Assembly: GCF_037042905.1 (NCBI RefSeq)
Contig: NC_087251.1
Location: 12,526,001 to 12,590,000 of the forward strand
Origin: Lytechinus pictus
Lineage: Eukaryota
DNA length: 64,000 nt
Reading direction: 5' to 3'
Part shown: positions 1 to 12,191 of the stretch, piece by piece
How positions within the stretch are numbered: position 1 is the stretch's first letter
Layout of the letters: each line of letters starts with the position of its first letter
Translations under genes and position numbers: made by a program
Notes under the pieces: model-generated
Told to the model about the DNA's origin: nothing
Databases searched by the model: none
Seen by the model: the letters and a program-made list of their open reading frames with translations, nothing else

Positions 1-114
1 TATGATGTGGCCAGTCTCTACACCCTTGGTTCTCTGAAGGAGACATGCTATCAGTTCATGGATCGCTATGCCACAGAGGTCATGAACAGTGAGACCTTCC
101 TCACTCTGTCTAAG
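1..114 (+). CDS. BTBD9: BTB/POZ domain-containing protein 9, internal exon (BACK region; cut by the window edge)
   Basis: Frame 1 reads YDVASLYTLGSLKETCYQFMDRYATEVMNSETFLTLSK, resembling vertebrate BTBD9 FDVASLY...FMDRNAQEVL...FLSLSK as recalled; donor GTAAGC at 115, phase 0. Confidence 0.93.
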
Positions 115-144
115 GTAAGCCATAAGTAATTTTAATACATCCAT

Positions 145-419
145 TTTTATAGTTACTATGTGCATATACTCAACTGCGCTTTGACACTTGATATCATATT
201 AATTCTTCAGCCATAGCTGAGCCGCCATATTGGCGCTAAAGCGTCAAGGGTACCCATTCACCTCACCTGGGTTGAGTGCAGCACAATTTTTTGATATCAT
301 ATTAATTCTTCAGCCATAGCTGAGCCGCCATATTGGCGCTAAAGCGTCAAGGGTACCCATTCACCTCACCTGGGTTGAGTGCAGCACAATTTTTTGCTGA
401 AGGAAAACACGCCACGGCT
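145..419 (-). mobile_element. SINE fragment (5'-truncated) with an internal 103 bp tandem duplication
   Basis: Minus strand reads ttccttcagcaa...cactcaacccaggtgaggtgaatgggtacc...caaagcgcagttgag, similar to the body of the SINE at 12192; 188-290 is repeated at 291-393. Confidence 0.6.
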
Positions 420-902
420 AATTTTTTGTACACAGACACTTCATATGAATCTGATCAAATGTACAAAAAAAAAATTCAAAATCACATTTATTTTCTTATG
501 TATTTTATTGTTTTCTAAATTTCTTTGTTTTTCGACTTTGTTTTTTCAATGGAAATTGTCGGGGACTTTATTTTTACCATAAATGAGATGGAATTAATTG
601 ATTTCAATCAGTAAAAGGAAAAATAATGATATATTTATGAATTTTGGCTAAAAACACTATTTGCATTGGATTTGTACACAAATTCACATTTTTGTGCAAT
701 TTTGGGTCTGCATGCACTTACGAAATGTTGTGTAATTTCGGAACCACGTACCCGGGGGTCGCAAATTTGGTCTCAAAATTTGCGCGAGACTTGAATGTAA
801 AAAGTCAGTGAGCCACGCGGTCAAAAAATTTCGCGCGGCGGATTTATCACGAAAAATGTCGAGGGGGGGGGGGCTGAATCAGCCCCCCCAGTCTTCTTAG
901 GG
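420..902. mobile_element. piggyBac-like non-autonomous element, left end missing
   Basis: Ends ...CTTAGGG followed by TTAA; clearly homologous to the right part of 8629-9258. Confidence 0.7.
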
Positions 903-1927
903 TTAAAGCTACTGAGCAATTTTGTCGAAAAGATTATTCAATTTTATTATTGTAGCTTTAAACTTCCTTCAAAGCCGTGCTTTGAATGGCTTTTGTAAGC
1001 CCATCTAAAGCTTTGGTAAAGGGTCAGAAATGTACTGAATAATCATCTAACATTCCAATATTACTAAAGTGTAGTGGTCATTGGATGTTTTTTCAGCCAT
1101 CAGAGTTCTAACTTGGCATTTTTTTTTCACTGTTTGGAATCAAGTGCCCTCAGTCTGTAATGTTTTTTTTTTCATTTAAAATTATCCCTTTGAACACTTA
1201 CTTTACAAATTTAGTTTGGATATTGGAAGCTTCATTAATAGCAGAGCTGATATTGATTGGAAGGTTTGTGTATTAAGTTTAAGTGGGTAAAATTCAACTC
1301 CATTTGTTTTTAGTTCAGATAATCATTCATTCCTATGAGATATATATAATCTTCTTTTATATTTGCTGATGATACTCTTTTGTTTTACAAGTTCATCTGT
1401 ATTCAACTTAAGAATATGTTAACCTTGCAGATTGGATTTCATATAATCCTCTCAAAGACAGATTTTTATAAGTAAATCTTTAATCTTATTATCAAAGATA
1501 GGATTAATGTAAAGACCAATGCATGCAATATGATGTCTTTGTGATTTAAAAAAAAAATGTAATGGCATGAGTACTTTTATTGAAGTTACAGACTATTTGG
1601 AGCCTCCCTGTAGAAACAAAAGTGAAATCAATTCCAAATCATAGATATGTCATAGCCATCTTGTCGTAGGCTTGGATTTGAAGCCAATTTACCCCCACCA
1701 TAAGGCTTGCGGTAAAGCACAATTTTAATTTACTGTTCCTGGGATTATTCTGAACTGTAATTATGTTGATTTTACTGTACAGTTGCAAATTTGATGCAAA
1801 ATGAGATTTGTAGCCTACATAGTCAGGTTGCAATCGGATCATATAGCGAGCTGTGAGCTTAATTCGTCAATCTCACCATGCTATCTTTCTTTCCCCGCAT
1901 CCATGTTTCCACCTATTCTTGATTCAG

Positions 1928-2077
1928 GGTGCCCTGAAGGAGGTGATCTCAAGGAATTCCTTCTATGCTAGTGAGATTGATATCTTCAGAGCTGTTCAGA
2001 ACTGGGTCCAAGCCAACAAAGATGTATCTCACAAGGAGATTGTGGGGGCCATCAGACTACCTCTTATGAGTAGACAG
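1928..2077 (+). CDS. BTBD9: BTBD9 exon (BACK region)
   Basis: Acceptor TTCAG ending 1927, 150 nt GALKEVISRNSFYASEIDIFRAVQNW...IRLPLMSRQ, donor GTAACC; phase 0-0. Confidence 0.93.
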
Positions 2078-2188
2078 GTAACCATTGAAATTCACAAGCG
2101 GTTGTAGAAACAGAAACTAGGGAGTGTTTCACAAAACATTTTGTCACTGATTTGTACCACTAGCTAATTTGTTCTTGGTCACTCATAT

Positions 2189-3029
2189 CATGGACCTATT
2201 ACGAATGGACATTCAACGAATCCCCTCCTTTGGGCCAAAGACCGTCACCGCTAATCCTTTTATAAACAGAGCGCTGGCAGCTGACGCCCATCAAGCCGGT
2301 CGTAAAACACGCTCTCACTGATGGACAGCGGAAATCAATTCTACGCTGCTCCTACCCATTGCGATGTTGTTCGTTCACTTTATCTAAAGCAACGCACAGC
2401 AGCAAACGTTAGCGCTATGAAAATGATAGCAGAAACAAGAAAACAGGCGTGCATAAACATATTTTTTACGTACATCGCAAACAACCGCACATGAAATGCA
2501 TTGACATCACCTTGCAGATCCGTATATCTACGGCAAATAAACAGTTGAAATTCGACGGAGAAATGTGCGGAAAAACGTTAAAAATGCATCTTTTTCGGAC
2601 AGTATTGATGTCGATAGTAGCGCTTACCTTCGGTCAGAAGTTGATTTTCATTTGGGCATGAAATCCCACAGGATTGATGAAATTTAACGAGATTTTTCTT
2701 GATGGTCAGACGACAATCGCACATTATAGACAGCCTAAAATAATGTACTGAAAAACCGGATATGAATTGCGCATTGCATTCTAGGTAATGTAGGGACTTT
2801 CCCTATTGGCAATCGGGGCTAAAACATACCGTCTTCAGTCGAAAGAGGGCCAGCGATCGATCGGTGACGATCAATGGCCGAAAGGAGCTTGTGTAAACAA
2901 TCGCCCCGGGCGGTCGTCATAAAAACCGCGTAAAGAGAGAGTTAAGGGTTAGACAGCGATTTTGACAGCTGGAAACAGGTGGTGGTCATAAAATGCTCTT
3001 GTTGAATGTCCATTCGTAATAGGTCCATG
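2189..3029. mobile_element. Non-autonomous DNA transposon, P-element-like termini
   Basis: Perfect 29 bp terminal inverted repeat (TIR) CATGGACCTATTACGAATGGACATTCAAC; 7 bp TSD CTCATAT at 2182-2188 and 3030-3036; CpG-rich interior. Confidence 0.88.
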
Positions 3030-3404
3030 CTCATATGCATTGATTTAGGAAGCTATTATTAGCAGTCAGTGCAGACCAGTGGTAATATTGCTTCATGAAA
3101 CATTTTCTGTGTTACTGGTTTCAATTTCTGTAGACAGGTAGTCATTGAAATTCACAAGTGGTTGTAGAACAAAAACTAGGAAGTTTTGCACAAAACATTT
3201 TGTCTGAGATTCCTTTCACTGGCTAATATGTTCTGAGACAATCAATTGCAGTTATTTTAGGAGCTGGATATAGCAGTCATTGCAAACCATTGGTAATGTT
3301 GCTCCTTGAAATATTCCCTTGGTTACTGGTTTCAATTCACATTGCGACTCTTAAGATGATGATGATGATCACGGATGTATAGATAGATAGAGAGACAGAA
3401 AGAT

Positions 3405-4254
3405 TTTTGCGTGAAGAAGTTTTCGCGAATCACAGGGGTCCCGACATTTTCGCGGGTCGTTAAATTCGCGATCGGAAGATGTACGAAACACTTCCACAGC
3501 ATTTCAGAGAATCAAAACTAGTGCAAATCATGTGCAAATATATCCTCAAAATCCCTATGCTGATGTGTCTTTTGTACATAAATATGTCCCTTTTAAAAAC
3601 AGTTACAATACAAAGCATGGTAAAAGATGGTTTAAATTTCACTTTTTTAACCTTTGGATCTGAAAATTCATCACGTCACAGTTTGATCTGTAATCCAGAG
3701 GGTTAAGCAATCTTTGGAATTGGTGTTTTGTTAGATTCCTTTTTTCAAAAAGTTGGTTAAAGTGCAAAAATTTTGAATTTTGTGAACAGAATCTAAAATC
3801 TCTAAAAGCTCTGGTCATGTGACTTATGAATATTAATGAGTATGCAAATAGCTGCCAATACGTGAGTATAGAGTCAATCAAATGACAATAAAATCAAATT
3901 ATTTCATGGAAAATACATTTTAATATTACAGTGAGTGAATAAATATTGATAAAATTATGTTAGAAAATAGTTTAGGCTCTGATTTTGTTTGAGAAATAAA
4001 AAAAGTGAAATTCTAGCTGACTTTTTGAATCACTAACTGTACTTTTAAACCTTATTTTTTGTAAATATAGGGGGTGCATATCTCAACTTTATCACTACAC
4101 AGGATGTTTTCAATAGCAAAGTTCTGCTTTTGGGGATATTGGCACTGCCTAATAAATGTGTCAATATTTTAGCGTGTTGTTAAATTCTCGGCCGATTGGC
4201 AATTAGCGAAACCCGCGAAAATAAAACTCCCACGAAAATAACAGCTTGTGCAGT
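3405..4254. mobile_element. Decayed or mosaic DNA element with CGCGAA/TTCGCG subterminal motifs
   Basis: Clusters of TTCGCG at 3405-3475 and GCGAAA at 4205-4240, ending CAGTA; boundaries approximate. Confidence 0.4.
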
Positions 4255-5165
4255 AGATAGATTGAGTAGGAAGGTAATTCTTGAAATTCATAAGTGGTTT
4301 TTAAGTATGAAAATTCACACAATTTGTATTGTGATGGTATGATGTCATACAAGTGATCCCTGTAGATATAATTTAATGCTGTTTCTTTGTGACCAGGCAT
4401 GGCAAAACCAACAGAAAGTCACCAAAAATGATTTTTTTTTTTTTTGTTGTGAATATTCCAACTGGAATAGGAAATTATCAGCTTTAAAATGATGTATAAA
4501 TCACTACCATTGGATGATTCTAACCCTTAAGACATTTAGAAGAACATTAACTACCTTAAGATGTTACTTTTGAAAAAAGAGGGATTGAAGTTAACAAGTC
4601 TATTGAAGCACATTACCTTCACACTGTTATGCAAGGATGACAAAAAGAGGATTAAAATTCATTCAAATTTCTTATAAGGGGTCATCAAATTAGCTTAAAG
4701 TTGTCACACTAATTAGGCACATCCTGTTCATTGTCATGGAGAAGTATTAATACAAGGGCTTATTCCTGTTTTTAATCTATTGAAGTTCAAAATGAGAGGG
4801 ATATTTTGGTTTTCATGAAGAAGAACCGATTGCAATATAAGTTAAAGAAGACAAAATATGGGTCTATTTAAAACTGTTAACAGACAGTGTTGTAATAGAT
4901 ATGTTGATAGATTGATAGAGCTCACAGAGATTGCAAATGTTTAGATTTTTCGGTATTTTACCTAATCATGAGAAAACAAACTTACCCATGATTCCCTGCA
5001 TTTGTCAATGAAAAAACGTGATTCATTAGTTTATGGAAAGACAAGACACACATCCATTGTTGCATGCATGCCTTCAAAATTAACTAACCCCCTCCCCCCG
5101 CCATGAATGGCACAGACAGTATAACAAGCATCAGCCAAATGAAATCATTCTGTGTAATTCTGCAG

Positions 5166-5280
5166 GATCTGCTCTACACAGTGCGACCATCCAACCTGCT
5201 GTGTGCTGACTCTATCCTTGATGCTTTCAAGATCAAAGAAGAATGTAGGAATGCAGACCTCAACTACAGAGGAGTGCTCA
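5166..5280 (+). CDS. BTBD9: BTBD9 exon
   Basis: Acceptor TGCAG, DLLYTVRPSNLLCADSILDAFKIKEECRNADLNYRGVL, donor GTGAGT; phase 0-1. Confidence 0.94.
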
Positions 5281-5397
5281 GTGAGTAGATTACAAGAAAT
5301 AGTTTGTGTTAGTGTTCACAGAGAGCTTTCATTTTGAAAAAAAAAAAAAACTCTACCTGTCAAAAGGGAAATCCACTCTGCCTTCAAGATCTATTAA

Positions 5398-5971
5398 CCG
5401 GCAAGTCCACCCCACCAAAGAGTTGATTTGAATAAGAAGAGAAAAATCCAACATTGAAAATTTCATCAAAATCACATGTGAAATTAAAAAAATATTAAAT
5501 TTTTAAAGATTCACTTGATTTCATAAAACAGTTATATGCACATCCTGGTTGGTATGCAAATGAGGGGACTGATGACATCACCTACTCACTTTTTCCTTTG
5601 TATTTTATGATATGAAATACTTTTATTTTCTCCTCATTGTCATTTGAAACAAACTTTTATTCCACCCTGAACATATAGAATTGCCATCGTTATAGCATTA
5701 TGTGGTTCAGTCAAAATGGTCATTGTAAAATGAGGAAAAAAAAAAAAATTATATAATTCAAACAATAGAAAAACAAAGAAATAGTGATGTCATCGACTCT
5801 CATTTTCATGTATCACTGACTTGCGCAAATAATTGTGTTGTGAAAAATATGTGAAAATATGAGTATTTATAACTTTATTTTGCATCCAATTTTGATGGAA
5901 TTTCAGGGCTAACCTTGTTTGAATTTTCTCTGTTGATTTAAATCTTCTTTCTCCTGGGGTGGCCTTGACCT
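5398..5971 (+). mobile_element. Kolobok-like TTAA MITE, family K copy A (more diverged)
   Basis: TTAA flanks; ends CAAGTCCACCCCA and TGGGGTGGCCTTGACCT; homologous to copies at 42914, 45623 and 58937. Confidence 0.8.
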
Positions 5972-6094
5972 TTAATAGAATTTGCTTTTAACAATAAACC
6001 ATATACTAGTAAAAGAAAACTTGATTAAAATCCCAAAGGATAGCTATTCCTGTGACATCACTTGTGTCATTTACCAGTCCTTCACGTTTATAAT

Positions 6095-6600
6095 TTTGTG
6101 GAGCTCATTAAATCGCTCTCCTTATTTTTTTGAGGAGCTCAATTGAGCTCCTCAGAATCGCTCTCCTGGCTTGAGGAGCTCAAATCAATTCAATACAATA
6201 CATGTATGATAAATTGTAGATTTTTCTTAACATCGTATATGCAATAGCTGTGTAGCTGTTAATTAATCTGTGGTGAAACTAAGCCTGGGTCAATACGTTT
6301 ACAAAATATCGCGCTCCTGCTATAAAAATTTTTGCATCTTTAAATCCATGAAATGGCCATCTATTTTCCATAATTCCTTGAAATTATGTTGATTCAAATC
6401 AGAGTCGGGAGAGAGGTGAATATTCTTCACTTTTCTGATAGTTTACAACTAAATCAAAATAATTTAAAGGAATTGTGGAAAATAGATGGCCATTTCATGG
6501 ATTTAAAGATGCAAAATGTGAAATTTTAGCTTTTTTTTTTAGGAGCGCGATTTTTTGCTCTCCTTATTTCTTTTTAGGAGCGCGATCGCGCTCCTCAAAA
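6095..6600. repeat. Foldback-like element with GGAGCTC/CGCTCTCCT motifs and an internal ~65 bp inverted repeat
   Basis: 6330-6394 is a near-perfect reverse complement of 6452-6516; outer GCGCTCCT (6311) pairs with AGGAGCGC (6541). Confidence 0.7.
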
Positions 6601-6908
6601 ATGAAAGTCTGATTTACTATTATTCTTAAAGATTGATTGAATGTTGTGTTTTTCTATTATTTAAGCCTTAATGCTTTTATCAAATTTGAGGGGGATGCCT
6701 TTTGAATTCAACGCGCAAGACAATGTGATTGGTTTCAATATTTTTTATTGCCAACAAAATTATATGTTCAAAGAATAAAATTTGATTAGTTTCATTTATG
6801 CAAGCTGTCTGATTGAGACCTGATGTGCTGTGTGGAAACTATGGAAATTTAGATTTGAGGAACAAAAATGACCTTAAACATAACCTTTGTATACTTCAAA
6901 TCATTAGA

Positions 6909-7344
6909 GAGCGAAGTTGGCTCAGTCGGTAAAGCGTCTGCCCGTCGAACCAAAGATCGTGGGTTCGAGTCCACCCCGGGCGGATGACTAAAGCCAGTGC
7001 GTTGTGTAAACGTCTCTCCCCTGTTTCATAGATGCAGGCTATGTTACAGTGGAAAACACTCCGTCCCTCGGATGGGACGTTAAATGGAGGCCCCGTGTAG
7101 AGGAGAATCACCACCTTTGCACGTTAAGAACCCACTGCACTATTCGAATAAGAGTAGGGGGAAACCCTGGTGTAGTGGTCCACCTGCATTCCCCAACCAG
7201 TTATCAGGAGGAGAGACCTGCGGGTCACAGTTCTGTGTGCGCGCCCTTCTTGGATACCCAGATTGGCTGGCTCCTCCAATGCGCCTTTGAATGTCTTTGA
7301 CAGATATATGGCGCTATACAAATGCTGTGCATCATCATCATTAT
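6909..7344 (+). mobile_element. Full-length tRNA-derived SINE with a Deu(Nin)-like central domain
   Basis: A box TGGCTCAGTCGG (6918), B box GGTTCGAGTCC (6962), central CGGATGGGACGTTAAA...GCACGTTAAGAACCCACTGCACTATTCGAATAAGAGTAGGGG resembling the Deu domain as recalled, tail GGCGCTATACAAATG plus (CAT)n. Confidence 0.88.
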
Positions 7345-7670
7345 AACTCACAGTTGTTACCTGATAGAGAGGTAGAGAGAGGATGGTGCAATATAACAAC
7401 TGGCAATGGTAACAAGGAAAATAAAATATTATCATGTTTATCAGGTCAATTTTACTATAATATTAATAAGGATTTAAAATTATCTATATGCACGATGAGG
7501 AATACTGTCCTGAACATAAAAAGTTTCAAAACAGAATATAATTCAAGGATGAGTTAATTATTTGCAAGTTCTACAATTAAGCATTACTTTCATTATCTAG
7601 AGCCCATGGGTGAATTAGTGGGTATTTTATGTGTTGATAATTTTTTAATCAAATCTTTTCACACTCACAG

Positions 7671-7890
7671 TTCCAGAGGAAAATGTAGGAACAGCGAAGC
7701 ATGGTGCGTCGGTGGTCAAAGGAGAGATGCGGTCATCTCTTCTTGATGGTGACTGTCAGAACTATGACCTTGACCGCGGCTTCACCAGACATCCCATTGA
7801 AGACGTACACACCGGTGGCATCGTCATCACCCTGGGCAAACCAACCATAATCAACACCATCAGACTCCTCCTTTGGGATAGAGATACCAG
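7671..7890 (+). CDS. BTBD9: BTBD9 exon (start of first F5/8C-like repeat)
   Basis: Acceptor CTCACAG, (I)PEENVGTAKHGASVVKGEMRSSLLDGDCQNYDLDRGFTRHPI...IRLLLWDRDT, donor GTACAG; phase 1-2. Confidence 0.95.
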
Positions 7891-8350
7891 GTACAGATGG
7901 AACGACAGACATCAGTGACTAGGGCTGCACAATATCACATATTTGGTTTTAAATCGTCATTAGCTATAATATGAATTACTTATTGTAAAACATTTTCAAC
8001 AATATTCACATGCCACTGTTTATTTAGTTCTGGCTAACCATGGACCCTTTGAAAGATGGTCACTGATTGGAACTATAATGAATTTATTCACCTGACTCGA
8101 TAACAAAAATCATATTGCTATTCCACATGTTTCCGAGCTACGTGGGAAAAGTATTTCATATTTTGTAAGTGTTTCATTTCATTACCCAATCTTGAAAAAT
8201 GCCTAGACCTTGTTTGAAATTAACTTTTTGTATTTATAATCAATAACAAATTTCATTATGCCACCTTGTGTTATTTTTGTTTTAATTTTAATTGCATATT
8301 CGTAATTTGATGTGTTGATTTGAATATAATTGTTTGTTTTTATTTTTTAG

Positions 8351-8470
8351 GTCGTATTCTTACTTCATTGAAGCTTCTGTCGATGAGAATGATTGGATCA
8401 AGGTAATTGATCATTCAGCATTCTTATGTCGGTCATGGCAGACCTTGCATTTTCCTGCTAGGGTTTGTAG
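8351..8470 (+). CDS. BTBD9: BTBD9 exon
   Basis: Acceptor TTTTTTAG, (R)SYSYFIEASVDENDWIKVIDHSAFLCRSWQTLHFPARVC, donor GTGAGT; phase 2-2; below the ORF-track length cutoff. Confidence 0.95.
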
Positions 8471-8628
8471 GTGAGTACAATTCTACTAGTATATAACACT
8501 TATATTTTCATGAGGTAACTTCAACTGTAATCAGGCTGAGTTTGTAGGCTATACTATACCTTGTGGGAACCAATTCTAGTGATTGGATCAAATAACAATC
8601 TGAAGACTAATTGGTTAGTAGCTTTTAA

Positions 8629-9258
8629 CCCTAAGTAGACTGGGAATTTTCAATGCCTAAGAAGACGGGGGGGGGGGGCTGATTGAGCTCCCTTCTTATG
8701 ATCTCAGTTGTCGATCGCGCGGTCGCGACAAAAATTGGCACTCACATTACACATGGCATAATCTACAAAACTAAGATCAAATTCTGTGTAAAATCTCATT
8801 CTTTGAAAAATCCCATTTATGTTTAAAATCAATAGTTTGCTCTAATTAACTAAATAATGCCCCTAAAATGCTAATTTTTGGTTTACAGACTCTTTATAGG
8901 AATCTGATCAAATGTATTTTTTAAAACATTCAACATCACACTTGTTTTGTTATGTATTTTATTGTTTTCACTGGAAAACGTCAGGGACTTATATGATTGT
9001 TGGCTTAAACACTATTTGCATTGGATTTGTATATGAATTTACGTTTTTGAGCAAATTTGGGTCTGCATGCACGTACAAAATGTTGCGTAATTTCACAAGC
9101 GCTTACCCGGGAGTCGCAATTTTTGTCTCAAAAGTTGTGTGAGACTTGAAAGTAAAAGTCAGCGAGAGACGCGGTCAGAAAAATTTTGCGTGGCGGATTA
9201 ATTACAAAAATGGTCGAGGTGGGGCTGATCAACCCCCCCCCTCCTAATCTAATTAGGG
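8629..9258. mobile_element. piggyBac-like MITE, complete
   Basis: TTAA at 8625-8628 and 9259-9262; termini CCCTAAGTAGAC and ATCTAATTAGGG; subterminal GGGGCTGAT motifs at both ends. Confidence 0.82.
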
Positions 9259-9353
9259 TTAAATCGGTTAGTACCTTTGTATAGGATTAAAAACTAACTC
9301 ATTGATTCAGCTGTTAATTTTATAATTCCAATCCTTACATTTGAGGTGACCAG

Positions 9354-9510
9354 GGGGGCGTTTCATGAAAGGACTTGTCGGACGTTTTATCCGACAAGTA
9401 CCATTTTATCCGACAGTTACCATAGTAACAGTACCTCTCAGCCAATCAACATCAGAGAAAGATGTCAGATCTGACAACTTGTCGGATGAAAATGTTGATG
9501 AAACACTCCC
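9354..9510. mobile_element. Harbinger-like small MITE (CAG target)
   Basis: Termini GGGGGCGTTTCATGAA and GATGAAACACTCCC, CAG on both sides; internal TCCGACAAG/CTTGTCGGA repeats. Confidence 0.7.
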
Positions 9511-9619
9511 CAGAGATGACCAGAGCGATATAAGTGTAGTGGTCATATGTTTATCAATAGTATTGGACACTGTGCTTTTATCATCATATAAAAGCATGCT
9601 AATTTTCCATGTGTATGAG

Positions 9620-9722
9620 AATTGAATTGATTGAATTGAATTAATAGATTGGAACTGAACTGAATTGAATTGAATTGAATTTATTGATTGATTTTAATTG
9701 AATTGAAAAGAGTAGAATTGAT
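9620..9722. repeat. Imperfect (GAATT)n microsatellite
   Basis: Repeated gaatt/aattg pentamers. Confidence 0.8.
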
Positions 9723-9924
9723 TTCATTCCCACGTCTTCATTAAAAACATGTACATAGCATAACAAACTACATTTCAAGATGATATATACAAACAAATTT
9801 ACAAAAGGATTATAATGAAAATGTGGTGGAATCATAAATGGTTTTCAAAAACTTGTACAAATAGTTAGTCCAAATTAACATAAATATAAGATGTACAATT
9901 TTTTTTTTTTTCTCCTTTCTCTAG

Positions 9925-10034
9925 ATACATCCGCATCATTGGAGTTCATAACACCGTCAACAAAGTATTTCATCTTGTCTCATTTGAAGCGTTCCATACG
10001 ACTAGGATATTTCAACTGGAATGTGGATTGATAG
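9925..10034 (+). CDS. BTBD9: BTBD9 exon
   Basis: Long poly-T tract then CTAG, (R)YIRIIGVHNTVNKVFHLVSFEAFHTTRIFQLECGLI, donor GTATTT; phase 2-1. Confidence 0.94.
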
Positions 10035-10661
10035 GTATTTCTCTAACATTTTTGTAATCTGAATGAGAAAATGAATCTGTTTTTCACTATGGTGTACATG
10101 AAGAATATGAAAGAGGCAATATTGTTTGGATTCACTCCTCAAACAGTGGACTCATGAATAAAATAACTGTGACAAAAGCGCACATCAGCGTTGGACATTT
10201 TTTATATAAGCTGTAAATAGGCGTAATTTATACAGGGAATCTGCATAAACCATGGGTTCAACTGATGGCTGTCAAAACTACCTTTGTGAATTCGGGCCAT
10301 AATGTTTATGAGGTTCTCTATGTAGTGGAAAACAACTGACGGAATGGTTTGTGATTCTCATTGAATCAAGCTTATTCTTGCATGCATCAAATTACACTGC
10401 AACAAATGTGAATAAATATGATGTATACGATTGCCCACTCAAGTTGCCTGAAAAGATTCTGACTTGAATAATTTCTTTTCATAATCCCTTTCAGAGGAAT
10501 ATATATATTGATGTTTCACCACAACGAAAACAGAAAAGTCAGATTATATTTCTGTTTTCCAAACTTGATTTTGCTGCAAGTTAAAGTTGTATTTATCAAC
10601 AATTGCTGATTATTGACTTTGTGTGATGTAATATTTTTGTTTCATAAATCTTCCTTTACAG

Positions 10662-10851
10662 TCCCACAGCAGAATGTAGCCACAATCAAAGCCAGTGCCA
10701 GTGTTATTGAAGGGGTCAGTCGCAGTAGAAATGCTCTACTAAATGGTGACACCAAAAACTATGACTGGGACTCTGGGTATACATGCCATCAGCTAGGCAG
10801 TGGTTCGATTGTAGTACAACTCGCACAACCTTATGTTATTGGCAGTATTAG
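10662..10851 (+). CDS. BTBD9: BTBD9 exon (start of second F5/8C-like repeat)
   Basis: Acceptor TTTACAG, (V)PQQNVATIKASASVIEGVSRSRNALLNGDTKNYDWDSGYTCHQLGSGSIVVQLAQPYVIGSI, donor GTAAGT; phase 1-2; near-identical to the BTBD9 signature as recalled. Confidence 0.97.
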
Positions 10852-11255
10852 GTAAGTAAGATGGTAACCAGTGAGACCATGTTATTGGTCTATGATGTTA
10901 CTTGGAAATCCTTTTAATAGTGACACTGAAAACTATAACTTGGATGTAGGATAGGCAGGTCATCAGTTTTTGGGGGCTTTTCACATGAATGTATGTCTTG
11001 TGTAAATGCCATTGTGTATACTGTTTGTAACTCTTGGTCCTATCAAATACCAAAGGACGATCTGTAATTTTAAGAGCTTTTGTATACTGTGTGCTTCTAG
11101 AAATTTGATTGCAAATTGAAGTGGAACTTCACTCTTGCAAAACACCCCACATATGTGAGAATTCATCTTTGACAGTGCACTCTGGGAATTGATTGCTTAT
11201 TGCACTGTAAACATGGAAATGTACCCCGGTGTAATCTTGTCTTCTATCCCTGCAG

Positions 11256-11363
11256 GTTGCTATTATGGGACTGTGATGCAAGAACATACAGCTACTTTGT
11301 AGATGTATCTACTGACCAACAAACATGGACGAGAGTAGCAGATAAAACAAAGGATAATTGCAG
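11256..11363 (+). CDS. BTBD9: BTBD9 exon
   Basis: Acceptor CCTGCAG, (R)LLLWDCDARTYSYFVDVSTDQQTWTRVADKTKDNC, donor GTATAG; phase 2-2. Confidence 0.95.
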
Positions 11364-12191
11364 GTATAGTACCCCCCCCCCATAAAAAAAACCCTATGTA
11401 TTTGCTTCAATCATTAATCTTAATGTGGAATGCTAGCAAGTTTGATTTACATATTGGTGACTTTGTTCCTGAAATAGTTGAATTTAGAATTGCAATTATT
11501 GTCAGTTTTCATAAGATGAAAAGATCTTTTTTGAACACTTCATTTACTCAAAGATTGCTTTGGACAAAAAATATATTAAGATACATTTTCCACCACCATT
11601 GTTTTCATCATATCGTCATTACTATCAGCAGTGGTATTATTAGCAACAGCATCATCACTGTTATCCATTATTATTATCCACACCATTATCACAATCAATA
11701 TCATTTCATTTAATCATGGTAGAATATCACATTTGTTGCTCCCCCAGCAACTTTGCATAGCATGTAATTGCTACTCTTGTCTACTACATTATGCCAAGCA
11801 TAAGAAGACAAAATGTCCCATTTGATGTACCTTGCTACCTCTACGTCAAAGTATTTGTTACCACTCAGCTAATGTTAAATGCGATATAAAGGAAATTAAG
11901 GTCCAAAGACAGGTTAGACATTTGAAGGATGGTGTGGTTCAGAATAGATTAAATGGGGATAGATTGAGATGAAAAGGATGGGCAAGAGAGAGAAATAGTG
12001 ATATTGGAGTTTTCTCTCATGATGAAACCATGAAGAGGATTGTGAAACAGAATCAGAACCCCCTTAATGTTATCAGGGGGTGTTTTGTAATGCTTTCAAA
12101 AGATACCACTACTTAAACATGATTTTATCTCATTGAGATACCTCAGATATTCCCTAGATTTTTATAAAGTAAGACCTAATATCCTTTTTAA

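Noticed and set aside
6909..6985. tRNA gene
   Set aside because: Has A and B boxes but no proper acceptor stem or terminator, and runs on into a SINE body and tail
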